Below the pieces are notes generated by a model. The model did no database searches, was not told the origin of the DNA, and worked only from the letters and a program-made list of their open reading frames with translations. From an uncultured Verrucomicrobiae bacterium (lineage in GTDB: Bacteria; Verrucomicrobiota; Verrucomicrobiia; Chthoniobacterales; Chthoniobacteraceae), in contig CAVYKI010000009.1 in NCBI GenBank assembly GCA_963769025.1, forward strand, positions 1 through 64,000: DNA of 64,000 nt. The letters run 5' to 3'. Within the stretch, counting starts at the first letter, position 1. Each line of letters opens with the position of its first letter. This document shows positions 30,077-39,840 of the stretch, piece after piece. A program made the position numbers and the translations under genes.

Positions 30077-30562
30077 TCAGTTCAGATTGGCCGCGATGAG
30101 GGCCTCGGAGTAGGGCGTGTAGAAGGTGCGGCTCCGCTGCATGCAGCGTCGCAGGACGTGCTTGATGTTCGGGACGTCGGCGAGGTTCACCACAAGGTCC
30201 ACGCTGTTTGCCCAGGCCTCCATGTCGCTGTCCGTATGAACACTGCTGCCGACGAGGACGATGATCTGCCTGCGCCGCTGGTTGGGGCCGATTTCGAGCG
30301 TGGCCTGGAGGATGGGATTGCTCTGAAGATTCGAGTCGGAAAAGTGCTCGGCGATCACGACCACGTCGTAGGCGTGTGTCTGGAGCTTCACCATGATGTC
30401 CTCGACAAAAAGGCCGGTGTGAATTTTGCAGCCAAGCTCGGTGAGGTTGTCCACCACGAGCCGCTGCACTTCCGGCACATCCACGCAGATGAGCGCGGTC
30501 GTGTCGCCCGGCTCGAAGAGGTCAATCCGATGGTGAAAATCGTTGTCAGTGAGCGTGCTCAT
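30077..30562 (-). CDS. receiver-like hypothetical protein downstream of the pilT pair
   Basis: beta/alpha pattern TALICVD...YDVVVIAEHF...RRQIIVLVG...VDLVVN; overlaps the pilT stop codon. Confidence 0.65.
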   Translation of the reverse strand: MSTLTDNDFHHRIDLFEPGDTTALICVDVPEVQRLVVDNLTELGCKIHTGLFVEDIMVKLQTHAYDVVVIAEHFSDSNLQSNPILQATLEIGPNQRRRQIIVLVGSSVHTDSDMEAWANSVDLVVNLADVPNIKHVLRRCMQRSRTFYTPYSEALIAANLN

Positions 30563-31728
30563 TTGGCTTTGGAGAAGGATTGGAGGTCGAGTTTCATGCC
30601 GGAGGTGTCCACGGAATCGAGATTCAGGCGCTTCTTCGCGTCGTCCACGTAGCGGCTCATCTTCGCCTTGTTGGTCGAGTAGAGCATCGCCGTTTCGTCC
30701 GTGATTTTTCCCTGCTCGAAGGCGCCGACAATTCCCTGGTCGAACGTGCCCCAGCCGAAGGTCTGGCATTGCTCGATGATCTCGTAGAACGAGCGCCCGT
30801 CGTCTTCGCCCATCTGGATCGTCTCGCGCGTCCGCATGTTGTTTCCCATGATTTCCTGCACGAGTTGCCGTCCGCCGCCGACGCGGGGGAGCAGCCGCTG
30901 CGAGACGATCCACCGCAAGGTGTCCGAGAGGCGGATGCGGAGCTGCTCCTCCTCCTCGCGCTCGAACATGCCGAGGATGCGGTTGATGCTCTGGCCGGCG
31001 TTGATCGTGTGGATGGTGGAGACAACCAAGTGGCCCGTCTCGGCGGCAGTGAGCGCGATTTCGACCGTCGCGCGGTCACGCATTTCACCGACGAAAATCA
31101 CCTTTGGGGCCTGCCGCATCGCCGCGCGCAAGCCGGTCGGGAAATCGTCAAAATCCGGACCCAGTTCGCGCTGGTTGAAGGTGGCCTTTTTGTGCGGATG
31201 CAAATACTCGATCGGATCCTCGAGGGTGACGACATGGACGGCCTGCGTCTTGTTGATCTCGTCGAGGAGCGCCGCCAGCGTCGTCGTCTTGCCGCTGCCG
31301 GTGGCTCCGGTGACGAGGATGAGGCCGGTCTTTTCCTTCGCCACGTCCTTGGTGATTGCCGGCAGTCCCATCGATTGGATGGAAGGCACTTCCGTCTGCG
31401 CTTTGCGCATCACGATGGCGAGGTGGCCCCGCTGGCGGAAAATGTTCACGCGGAAGCGCAGCCGATCACTGACCATGTAGGCGCAGTCGCACGAACCCTT
31501 GATCGCGAGTTCGCGGAGCAGGCGCTTCTCGCCGCCGATGATGTTCAGCGCGATGCGCTCGGTCTGGAATGGCGTCAGTTTCGGAACGCGTGGCGGGACA
31601 TCCGCCACCTTCAGGACGCCGAAGGCCTCGACCTGGGGCGGGCGTCCGCATGTGAAATTGAGATCGGAGATGCCGGGGGCGACCTCCAGCATGGTGGTCA
31701 GGAGTGCATCGAGTTCTGCGCGCTTCAT
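30559..31728 (-). CDS. pilT: PilT/PilU-family type IV pilus ATPase
   Basis: RFRVNIFRQRG, TGATGSGKTT, TLEDPIE, AAMRQAPKVIFVGEMRD, AETGHLV. Confidence 0.92.
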   Translation of the reverse strand: MKRAELDALLTTMLEVAPGISDLNFTCGRPPQVEAFGVLKVADVPPRVPKLTPFQTERIALNIIGGEKRLLRELAIKGSCDCAYMVSDRLRFRVNIFRQRGHLAIVMRKAQTEVPSIQSMGLPAITKDVAKEKTGLILVTGATGSGKTTTLAALLDEINKTQAVHVVTLEDPIEYLHPHKKATFNQRELGPDFDDFPTGLRAAMRQAPKVIFVGEMRDRATVEIALTAAETGHLVVSTIHTINAGQSINRILGMFEREEEEQLRIRLSDTLRWIVSQRLLPRVGGGRQLVQEIMGNNMRTRETIQMGEDDGRSFYEIIEQCQTFGWGTFDQGIVGAFEQGKITDETAMLYSTNKAKMSRYVDDAKKRLNLDSVDTSGMKLDLQSFSKAK

Positions 31729-31731
31729 ATT

Positions 31732-32808
31732 TTAGTCCTCCCAGTCGCCGGCGTCCTTGATGAACGCGCGGAATTTTTTCTTATCCATCGCTTTGTCGTA
31801 AGCTTCCTCGGGGGCGATTTTCGACTGCCGGAGCAGTTCCATGATCGCGTCGTCGAGGGGCTGGTTTCCCTTCTTCTTGCCCACCTGCATCATGCCCGTG
31901 ATCTGGTGCGTCTTGCCCTCACGGATGAGGTTGGAAATGGGACTGTCCACCACGAGGATTTCCAGCGCTGCGCAGCGGCCCGGCTTGTCGATCCGCTTGA
32001 AAAGGTTTTGCGCCACGATGCCCTTGAGCGATTCCGCGAGGCTGGAGCGGATCTGGTTCTGCTGGCCGCCCGGGAAGACATCGATGATGCGGTCGATCGT
32101 CTTGGGCGCGCTTGGCGTGTGAAGCGTTCCGAAGACGAGATGGCCGGTTTGCGCCGCGGTGAGCGCGAGCTCGATGGTTTCCAAGTCGCGCAACTCGCCG
32201 ACGAGGATGATGTCCGGATCTTCACGCAAAGCGCCGCGGAGCGCCGAGGTGAATGACTTGGTGTGGATGCCGACCTCGCGATGATTGATGAGCGATTGCT
32301 GGCTCTTGTGGACGAATTCGATCGGGTCCTCGATCGTCAGGATGTGATCCTTTCGCTGGAGGTTCGCAAAATCCACCATCGCCGCGAGGGTCGTGGACTT
32401 TCCGGAGCCGGTCGGGCCGGTCACGAGCACGAGACCTTTCTTGAGCATCGCGAATTTCTTGATCACCGGCGGCAGCCCGAGGTCGTCGGCGGTGAGCACC
32501 TTGCTCGGGATGAGACGGAACACCGCACCGATCCCGTTTTTCTGGTTGAAGAAATTCGCGCGGTAGCGCGCGAAGCCCGGGTACTCGTAGCCGAAGTCCA
32601 CGTCGCCGGTTTCCTCGAACTGTTTGATTTTGTGTTCCGGTGCGATCTCGTAAACGAGCGCCTTGAGGTCATCGCCGCCAAATGGGGCGGCATCGACGCG
32701 GACCATTTCGCCGTGGATGCGGAGGATTGGCGGGTTGCCGGTGGAGAGATGCAGATCGGAAGCACCCTGCTCCTTCATGAATTTGAAATACTGATCGATT
32801 CGGGCCAT
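31732..32808 (-). CDS. pilT: type IV pilus retraction ATPase PilT
   Basis: GASDLHL, TGPTGSGKSTT, TIEDPIE, ALREDPDIILVGELRD, GHLVFGTLHT, ISNLIRE. Confidence 0.94.
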   Translation of the reverse strand: MARIDQYFKFMKEQGASDLHLSTGNPPILRIHGEMVRVDAAPFGGDDLKALVYEIAPEHKIKQFEETGDVDFGYEYPGFARYRANFFNQKNGIGAVFRLIPSKVLTADDLGLPPVIKKFAMLKKGLVLVTGPTGSGKSTTLAAMVDFANLQRKDHILTIEDPIEFVHKSQQSLINHREVGIHTKSFTSALRGALREDPDIILVGELRDLETIELALTAAQTGHLVFGTLHTPSAPKTIDRIIDVFPGGQQNQIRSSLAESLKGIVAQNLFKRIDKPGRCAALEILVVDSPISNLIREGKTHQITGMMQVGKKKGNQPLDDAIMELLRQSKIAPEEAYDKAMDKKKFRAFIKDAGDWED

Positions 32809-32947
32809 GCCGTGACGAGAAAGCCAGAAGGATGCCAGAGAGGCGTCGGAAATGTATCGGGCCCAGGCGGGAAGGGTGGAACAACTCGCGTCCTCGGGGA
32901 ATATGCGTGCCAGCCGCGCATTCCCACCCTCAAACTCCGGCACCTCC

Positions 32948-34732
32948 ATGAAACTCCACAGACCATTCCTCCCAGCCATCATCGCCGCGGCGCTCCTGCT
33001 CGTGCCACTCAGCCTCAGCGCCCAGGAAAAGGCGGACTCCGGCCCGGCCCCTACACCCGAGGAGAAGCAGGCGGCCGAGGCGCTCTCGAAGCGCGGCGCG
33101 CTCGTGCAGACTCTGGCTGCAGGGGTGAATTGGAGCTACGTGAATTTCCGCGGCATCGAGAAGCCGGATGCCGCGGCCTTTGCGCTCATCGGGAAAATTC
33201 CATCCATCGTCGAACTGGACCTCTCGGGATTGCAGTTCCAGCCGGACGATCTCGCCGGTGTCGCGCATTTGAAGAACCTCAAAAAGCTGAACCTCTCGCG
33301 CAGCAACGCCAACGACGCCGCGCTAGCGCATTTGAAAGGCCTCGCGCAGCTCGAATCGCTGAACCTTTTCCACACTGACGTCACGGACGCAGGGCTGCAG
33401 CAACTCACCGGCCTCACGAAGCTCAAGCGCATCTACGTCTTCGAGTCCAAGGTGACGGATGCCGGAGCCGCGGCGCTCGCGAAGGCGCTGCCGACGCTGC
33501 GGATCGAACGCGGATGGGACCTCACGCTTCCGCCCGCGACGGCCGCCGTCGCCAAGCCCGAGGAGACGCCCCAGCCGAAGCCCGAGCCGCCAAAGCCCGC
33601 GCCTGCCCCGGCAGCGAAGCCCGCCGCGCTCGCTCCCGCGAAGCCCGAGGAAGCCGGGATGGACTCCGCAAAGCTCGCCGCCATCAAGCCGGCGATGGAG
33701 GAGCTGTTGAAACAGAAGCGCGCCGCAGGAGTGGTGACGCTGATCGTGCGCGACGGACGCCTCGTCCACCAGGAGGCAGCGGGCATGGCGAACATCGAGA
33801 CGAAGAAGGCCATGACGCCCGATGCGATTTTCTGGATCGCCTCGATGACCAAGAGTCTCACATCGACCGCGGTGATGATCCTCGCGGACGAGGGCAAGCT
33901 CACGCTCGACGAGCCCGCCTCGAAGTGGATTCCCGAACTCGCGAAGGTGAAGGTGGAGAAGGACGAAGTGCTTGCCCGCCCCATCACGCTGCGCGACTTG
34001 CTCTCCCACACGAGCGGAATTCCCGACCCGCCGCGCAAGCCGACCGATGGCAACGTGCCGATCGCGCAGTACGCGCTCGACCTGCTCAAGGAACCGTTCG
34101 AGTTCCAGCCGGGCAGCAAATTCGAGTACGGCTTCGGACTCACCGTCGCGGGCCGCATCATCGAGATCGTCAGCGGCAAGACTTTCGAGCAGTTCGTCGG
34201 CGAGCGCATCATCGCCCCGCTCGGCATGAAGGACTCCACATGGCATCCCGACGCCCCGCAGCGCGCACGCGTCGCGCGCACGTACAAGTTCAGCGGCGAC
34301 GCACTCGTCCCCGCGCACAATGCATTCCTCACTTCCGAGCCCGACATCCGGCGCGAGGCCGAGCCGAGCGGCGGACTTTTCTCCACCGCCGCGGACATGG
34401 CGCGTTTTTACCAGATGGTGCTGAATGGCGGTGAACTCGACGGCAAGCGCATCGTGAGCGCGAAGGGCGTCGCCGAAATGACGAAGCCCCACACCGTCGG
34501 CGGAAAGCCGATCTCGTACAGCCTCGGCTGGTACAACAACGCCGGGGAAAAGAAGCCGACCCCGCACATGTCGGACAAGTCCTTCGGCCACGGCGGCGCC
34601 TTTGGCACGCATGGCTGGATCGATCCGGAGAAAAAGATGGTCACTGTCCTCATGGTGCAGGATGTCCTCGTCCCGAAGGGCGGGGAATTGCGCGACAAGT
34701 TCCTCGAACTCGCCGCCGGTGCCGTGAAGTAG
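32948..34732 (+). CDS. secreted serine hydrolase (class C beta-lactamase fold) with N-terminal leucine-rich repeats
   Basis: Signal peptide; LRRs (LKNLKKLNLSRS, LAQLESLNLFHTDVTDAGL); Pro/Ala linker; IASMTK (SxxK), LLSHTSG, FGHGGAFGT. Confidence 0.88.
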   Translation: MKLHRPFLPAIIAAALLLVPLSLSAQEKADSGPAPTPEEKQAAEALSKRGALVQTLAAGVNWSYVNFRGIEKPDAAAFALIGKIPSIVELDLSGLQFQPDDLAGVAHLKNLKKLNLSRSNANDAALAHLKGLAQLESLNLFHTDVTDAGLQQLTGLTKLKRIYVFESKVTDAGAAALAKALPTLRIERGWDLTLPPATAAVAKPEETPQPKPEPPKPAPAPAAKPAALAPAKPEEAGMDSAKLAAIKPAMEELLKQKRAAGVVTLIVRDGRLVHQEAAGMANIETKKAMTPDAIFWIASMTKSLTSTAVMILADEGKLTLDEPASKWIPELAKVKVEKDEVLARPITLRDLLSHTSGIPDPPRKPTDGNVPIAQYALDLLKEPFEFQPGSKFEYGFGLTVAGRIIEIVSGKTFEQFVGERIIAPLGMKDSTWHPDAPQRARVARTYKFSGDALVPAHNAFLTSEPDIRREAEPSGGLFSTAADMARFYQMVLNGGELDGKRIVSAKGVAEMTKPHTVGGKPISYSLGWYNNAGEKKPTPHMSDKSFGHGGAFGTHGWIDPEKKMVTVLMVQDVLVPKGGELRDKFLELAAGAVK

Positions 34733-34734
34733 CC

Positions 34735-34799
34735 CGCGGAATCGCGGAGGCGAAACGCGGAGGTGCAGCTACGCGACTGCGTGCCGCCGCGATTCCGCG
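34735..34799. repeat. inverted repeat at a convergent gene junction
   Basis: CGCGGAATCGCGG (34735-34747) / CCGCGATTCCGCG (34787-34799); the right arm lies in the ogt 3' codons. Confidence 0.7.
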
Positions 34800-35299
34800 A
34801 TGACCGGGACCGGCCGGCTGCCGCGTTCGAGCGCGAGCAGGAATCGCTTCCGCTCCAGCCCGCCACCGTAGCCGGTCAGCGAGCCATCCGCGCCGATGAC
34901 GCGATGGCAAGGGATAACGATCGAGATGGGATTGCGTCCGTTCGCGAGCCCCACCGCGCGGACCGCACGCGGGTTCCCGATGCGTGCCGCGATCTCCCCA
35001 TAGCTCATCATCGCTCCGTACGGAATGTCGCGCAGCGCCTGCCAGACCCTTCTCTGGAAATCGGTCCCAGCCGGTCCCAGGGCGAGCGAAAATTCCCGGC
35101 GTTCCCCGGCAAAATATTCCTCCAATTGCCGCAGCGCCTCGCGCAGCGGCTCCGCGTCCCGCACCGCGCCGATCGCTCGCGGCGCCTCATGGCGATGGTT
35201 TTCCATGAAAACCCCCGTAAGCGCGGATTCCGTCCCGCGCAGTTCCAGCGTGCCGATGGGCGAGGGAAATTCCGTGAAAAAGGTTTTCGGGCTCATCAC
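34769..35299 (-). CDS. ogt: methylated-DNA--protein-cysteine methyltransferase
   Basis: [56 protein letters not shown]. Confidence 0.95.
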   Translation of the reverse strand: MMSPKTFFTEFPSPIGTLELRGTESALTGVFMENHRHEAPRAIGAVRDAEPLREALRQLEEYFAGERREFSLALGPAGTDFQRRVWQALRDIPYGAMMSYGEIAARIGNPRAVRAVGLANGRNPISIVIPCHRVIGADGSLTGYGGGLERKRFLLALERGSRPVPVIAESRRHAVA

Positions 35300-35329
35300 T
35301 CGTGGAGCTGCATGGTGGAGCAGTACCCG

Positions 35330-36587
35330 TCAGCGGTCGCACTCGCCCATCACGAAGTCGAGCGAGCCGAGGATGCTCACGACGTCGCTCATCATGTGGC
35401 CGGGCAGGAGCTTCGGCAGGATGCTGAGATTGACGAAGCGAGGGGCTGCGGATCTTCAGGCGATAGGGCGTGCCGCCGCCCTTGCTGTAAATGTAGAAAC
35501 CGAGTTCGCCCTTCGGGTTTTCCGCGCCGAAATAGACTTCGCCCGCGGGGGCCTTCGATGCCCTCGGTGTGCGATGATGAAGTGGTGGATGAGCTCCTCC
35601 ATCTTCGTCAGCACCGTGGTCTTCGGCGGCGGATAGTTCTTCGGGTCGTTCACGTTGACCACGCGCCGTCGGGCATCGTGTCGCAGACCTGGCGCAGGAT
35701 GCGGACGCTCTGGCGGATCTCCTCCATGCGCATGAGGTAGCGGTCGTAGCTGTCGCCGACGGAGCCGATCGGCACGTCGAAATCATACTGCTCGTAGCCG
35801 AGGTAAGGCTGGCGCTTGCGGAGGTCGTGGTCCACGCCGCAGGCGCGGAGGTTCGGCCCGCTGAGGCCGTAGGAAATGGCGTCTTCCTTCGAGATGATGC
35901 CGATGTCCTTCGTGCGGTCCACGAAGATGCGGTTTCGCGTGAGCAGCTTGTCCGTCTCGTCCACGACCGGCAGCACGCCGTCGCAGAAATTTCCGCACCG
36001 CATCGAGGAAGCCGTCGGGCAGGTCGCGCTCTGCGCCGCCGATGCGCGTGTAGCTCGTGGTGAAGCGCGCGCCGGTGAGTTGCTCGGTGAGGTTGTAGAC
36101 GATTTCGCGCTGCTGGAAGGTGTAGAGGAAGACCGTCATCGCGCCCGTATCCATGGCGAAGCAGCCGAGCCCGAGCAGGTGCGCGCTGATGCGTGCCAGT
36201 TCGCAGCAGAGCACGCGGATGGCCTGGCCGCGCGGCGGCAATTCCCAGCCCATGAGCTTTTCCACGGCGAGCGCGTAGGCGACGTTGTTCGCGAGCGGCG
36301 CGAGGTAGTCCAGCCGGTCCGTGTAGGGCACGAACTGGTTGTAGGTCATGTTCTCCGCGATCTTCTCGTCGCCGCGGTGCAGGTAGCCGACGTCGGGCGT
36401 GGCCTTGGTGATGTATTCGCCGTCCAGTCTCCAGGATGAGCCGCAGCACGCCATGCGTCGCGGGATGCGACGGCCCCATGTTGATGATCATCTTCTCGCC
36501 GAGCGCGTCGCCGGCAGTTCGCGAGAGCCCGTCCTGTGTGCGGGCGATGGAATCCGGGACTTCAAACTCAACGGTGCTTGCGGCCAT
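35330..36587 (-). CDS. nuoD: NADH-quinone oxidoreductase subunit D (several apparent frameshifts)
   Basis: [15 protein letters not shown] / [17 protein letters not shown] / [16 protein letters not shown] / [19 protein letters not shown] across frames. Confidence 0.92.
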
Positions 36588-36683
36588 GTTCGTGCGATTT
36601 TGTGCGCGGGACGATGCGAGCGCTGCAACAGCGGCGCAAGGCATTTTCTGGATCCGTGGGGCTGCGAAGCGTGTCCGGGGTTT

Positions 36684-36764
36684 TCATCCGCAGATTGCGC
36701 AGATTTCCGCAGATGGAAGCAGGCGCTGATTTTCTCTGCGCGAATCTGCGCAATCTGCGGATGA
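36684..36764. repeat. REP-like long palindrome built from (C/G)CGCAGATT units
   Basis: TCATCCGCAGATTGCGCAGATT (36684-36705) / AATCTGCGCAATCTGCGGATGA (36743-36764), perfect 22-bp inverted repeat. Confidence 0.9.
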
Positions 36765-36835
36765 TTTTCCTCACTTTCTGCGGACACGCTTGAGAATTGC
36801 CGGGCATGGCATCGAGCGCGTAGCGTGCGCGCGCT

Positions 36836-37646
36836 TTGGAAACACCCGACTCACTCGCCATCATCGCCGGAAACGGCAGTTACCCGTTTGCGATGGCACG
36901 CGGGGCGCGAAAGGCGGGCGTGGTGCGGATCGTCGCTGCGTCATTCACCGATGAGACGAGTGACCGGCTCGCCGCCGAGGTGGACGACATCGAGTGGCTG
37001 CGCGTCGGTCAACTTGGGAAGCTGCTCACGTTTCTGGAAAAGAGCGGTGTGCGGCACGCGGTGATGGCAGGCCAGATCGCGCCGAAAAACCTTTTTGACC
37101 TGCGGCCGGATTTCAAGGCGCTCTTCCTCCTCGCACGGCTGAAGCGCCGCAACGCCGAGACCATCTTCGCCGCGATCGGCGAGGAGATGCAGAAGATCGG
37201 CGTCGAACTGATCCCGGCGACGACTTTCATGGAGCGAGCACCTCGCGCCTGCCGGCCTCATCGCCGGGCCGCGGCTGAAGGCGCGCGTCGAGGACGATCT
37301 CCGCTACGGGCACGACATCGCGAAGGAAGTCAGTCGCCTCGACATCGGCCAGACCGTTCTCGTGAAGAACGGGACCGTGCTCGCGGTCGAGGGCTTCGAG
37401 GGCACGAATGAATGCATCAAGCGCGGCGGCGCGCTCGGCCGCGGCGACGCGGTGATGGTGAAAGTCAGCAAGCCCGGCCAGGATTTGCGCTTCGACGTGC
37501 CCGTCATCGGTCCCGTCACGCTGGAGATTTGCCGCGAAGCGGGCGTGCGCGTGATCGGCATCGAGGCAGGCCGCACGATCATCCTGGAACGCGACCGCGT
37601 GAACGCCCTCGCTGCGCAGCACAAACTTTCGATCTTCGGCCTGTGA
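36836..37646 (+). CDS. lpxI: UDP-2,3-diacylglucosamine diphosphatase LpxI (frameshift near 37235)
   Basis: AIIAGNGSYP, VGQLGK, VMAGQI / LDIGQT, AVEGFEGTNECI, SKPGQDLRFDVPVIG. Confidence 0.9.
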
Positions 37647-37649
37647 CGC

Positions 37650-38690
37650 ATGGAAAAATCAGAAATCAGAAATCAGAAATCAGCAATCCGTCTCGGCGTC
37701 ATCGGCACCGGCAGCATGGGGAAAAACCATGCGCGCATTTTCTCCGAGCTGCCGGATGCAAAGTTCACCGCCATCCTCGACACGCGCGAGGACGTGGCGC
37801 GCGAGATGGCTGCGAAGTTCGGCGCGGAGCCGGTGACCTCGCTGGAGAATTTCATCCCGCTCGTGGATGCAGCCACCGTCGCGACGCCGACGGTCACCCA
37901 TTTCGAAATCGCGAAGGCGCTGCTCGATGCGGGCAAGCATGTGCTCGTGGAGAAGCCGTTCACCGAGACCCCCGAGCAGGCGCGCGAACTGTGCGACCTC
38001 GCGCAGGACCGCGGGCTCGTGCTGCAGGTCGGCCACATCGAGCGCTTCAATCCCGTGATGTCTGCGCTGGAGAAGCGGCTCAGTGCGCCGCGCTTCATCG
38101 AGGCCACGCGGCTCTCGCCGTATCCGGGGCGCAGCCTCGATGTCGGCGTGGTGCTCGATGTGATGATCCACGATTTGGAAATCATCCTGCACCTCGTGCG
38201 CTCGCCGTGGGTGCAGGTGGATGCGGTGGGCGTGGCGATCCTCAGCAAGCGCGAGGACATCGCGAATGTCCGCATCCGCTTTGAAAACGGCTGCGTCGCG
38301 AACATCACCGCATCGCGCATCAGCCAGGACAAGGTGCGGAAGATCCGCGTCTTCCAGCCGGACGCGTATCTCTCGCTCGATTACCAGAAGCAGGAGGGCT
38401 ACCTGTTGCGCCTCGCCGGGGAGGGGGAGAAGGAGAGCACGTTCCTCGGGAAGATTTTCGGCCTCGCGACGGATGCGACGATCGTCACCGAGTTCGCCGG
38501 CAAGCGCATCGTGCGCGAGCCCGTCGCGATTGACAAAGATGAGCCGCTGAAGCGCGAACTGGTTTCATTCGTCGAGTGCGCGCGCGCCGGTGCGCAGCCG
38601 AAGGTGTCGGGCCGCGAGGCAACGGCGGCGCTGGAACTCGCGCTGGAGATCACGCGCCAGATCGAAGCGGCGAACGTGAAGCCGGCATGA
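37650..38690 (+). CDS. Gfo/Idh/MocA oxidoreductase, GnnA-like (UDP-GlcNAc 3-dehydrogenase candidate)
   Basis: GTGSMG, HVLVEKP, QVGHIERFNP, DVGVVLDVMIHD, ANITASRIS; lies between lpxI and lpxB. Confidence 0.8.
   Translation: MEKSEIRNQKSAIRLGVIGTGSMGKNHARIFSELPDAKFTAILDTREDVAREMAAKFGAEPVTSLENFIPLVDAATVATPTVTHFEIAKALLDAGKHVLVEKPFTETPEQARELCDLAQDRGLVLQVGHIERFNPVMSALEKRLSAPRFIEATRLSPYPGRSLDVGVVLDVMIHDLEIILHLVRSPWVQVDAVGVAILSKREDIANVRIRFENGCVANITASRISQDKVRKIRVFQPDAYLSLDYQKQEGYLLRLAGEGEKESTFLGKIFGLATDATIVTEFAGKRIVREPVAIDKDEPLKRELVSFVECARAGAQPKVSGREATAALELALEITRQIEAANVKPA
37656..37683 (+). repeat. tandem heptamer (AAATCAG)x4 within the coding 5' end
   Basis: Four perfect copies plus a degenerate CAATCCG, starting 6 nt after the first base of ATG 37650. 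Confidence 0.92.
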
Positions 38691-39805
38691 AGTTCTACGT
38701 CGTCGCAGGTGAAGCGAGCGGGGATTCGCGCGGTGTCGAACTGCTGCGCGCGATCCGCGAGCGCGCGCCGGGTACGGAATTCCTCGGAGCAGGGGGGCGC
38801 GAGATGCGCGCCTTCGCGGGAGACGCGATTTTCGACTGGGCGGACGAGGCGGTCGTGGGCCTGTGGGACGTGCTAAAAAATTACGGCTACTTCCGCAAAC
38901 AGTTCCACCGGATGCTCGCGGAGATCGAAGCATCGAAGCCCGACGCGCTCATCACGATCGACTACCCCGGCTTCAACATGCGCCTCGCAAAGGCGGCGAA
39001 GGCCCGGATGCCGGGCCTGCGCACGATCCACTACGTGAGTCCGCAAGTGTGGGCGTGGCACCGCGGGCGCATCCCGAAGATGGCGAAATTTCTCGACCTC
39101 ATGCTGTGCCTGTTCCCGTTCGAGCTGCCGCTGTATGCGGATGCCGGTTTGCGCGCCGTGTGCGTCGGCCATCCGCTGCTCGATTCGCTGGCGGCGGAAA
39201 AACGGGAGCAGCCGCGCGATGCGTCGCTCGTCGCGTTGCTGCCCGGCAGCCGGGGCAAGGAAGTGCGGAAGATTTTCCCCGTCATGATCGAGGCCGCGAA
39301 ACGGCTGAAGCAATCCCGCCCCGCGTTGCGCTTCGAGGCCGCCGCCGCGCGCGAAACGCTCGCGGAGGAAATGCGGGCGATGCTTGCCGCGCACGGATGC
39401 GAAGATGGCTTCTGCACGCTCTCGCTCCGCACCGCGCATGATCTCATGCAGCGCGCCAGCGCGGGCATGGTGTGCAGCGGCACAGCAACGCTCGAAAGCA
39501 CGTTTTTCGGCCTGCCGATGGTGATACTTTACAAGGTCGCATGGCTCACCTGGGCGGTCGGCAAGCGTCTCGTGAAAATCCCGTGGCTCGGACTGCCGAA
39601 CGTCCTCGCCGGACGAGAAATCGCGCGTGAATTCCTCCAGGATGACGCGCAGCCAGGGCCGATCGCCGCGGAAATCTTCCGTCTGCTCGAAGACACCTCC
39701 GTCCGAGAGAATCAGCAGCGCGCGCAGGCCGAAGTCATCGCGAGCCTCGGGGAACGTGGCGCGGCGAACCGCGCGGCCGCGGCGATCCTCGATGGGGGAC
39801 TGTGA
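38687..39805 (+). CDS. lpxB: lipid-A-disaccharide synthase
   Basis: VAGEASGD, IDYPGFN, HYVSPQVWAW, VGHPL, LLPGSR, SGTATLE, LPNVLAG. Confidence 0.95.
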   Translation: MKFYVVAGEASGDSRGVELLRAIRERAPGTEFLGAGGREMRAFAGDAIFDWADEAVVGLWDVLKNYGYFRKQFHRMLAEIEASKPDALITIDYPGFNMRLAKAAKARMPGLRTIHYVSPQVWAWHRGRIPKMAKFLDLMLCLFPFELPLYADAGLRAVCVGHPLLDSLAAEKREQPRDASLVALLPGSRGKEVRKIFPVMIEAAKRLKQSRPALRFEAAAARETLAEEMRAMLAAHGCEDGFCTLSLRTAHDLMQRASAGMVCSGTATLESTFFGLPMVILYKVAWLTWAVGKRLVKIPWLGLPNVLAGREIAREFLQDDAQPGPIAAEIFRLLEDTSVRENQQRAQAEVIASLGERGAANRAAAAILDGGL

Positions 39806-39840
39806 GACGTCCCACATGAAGTGCGCAGTTTGCGCGTGCT

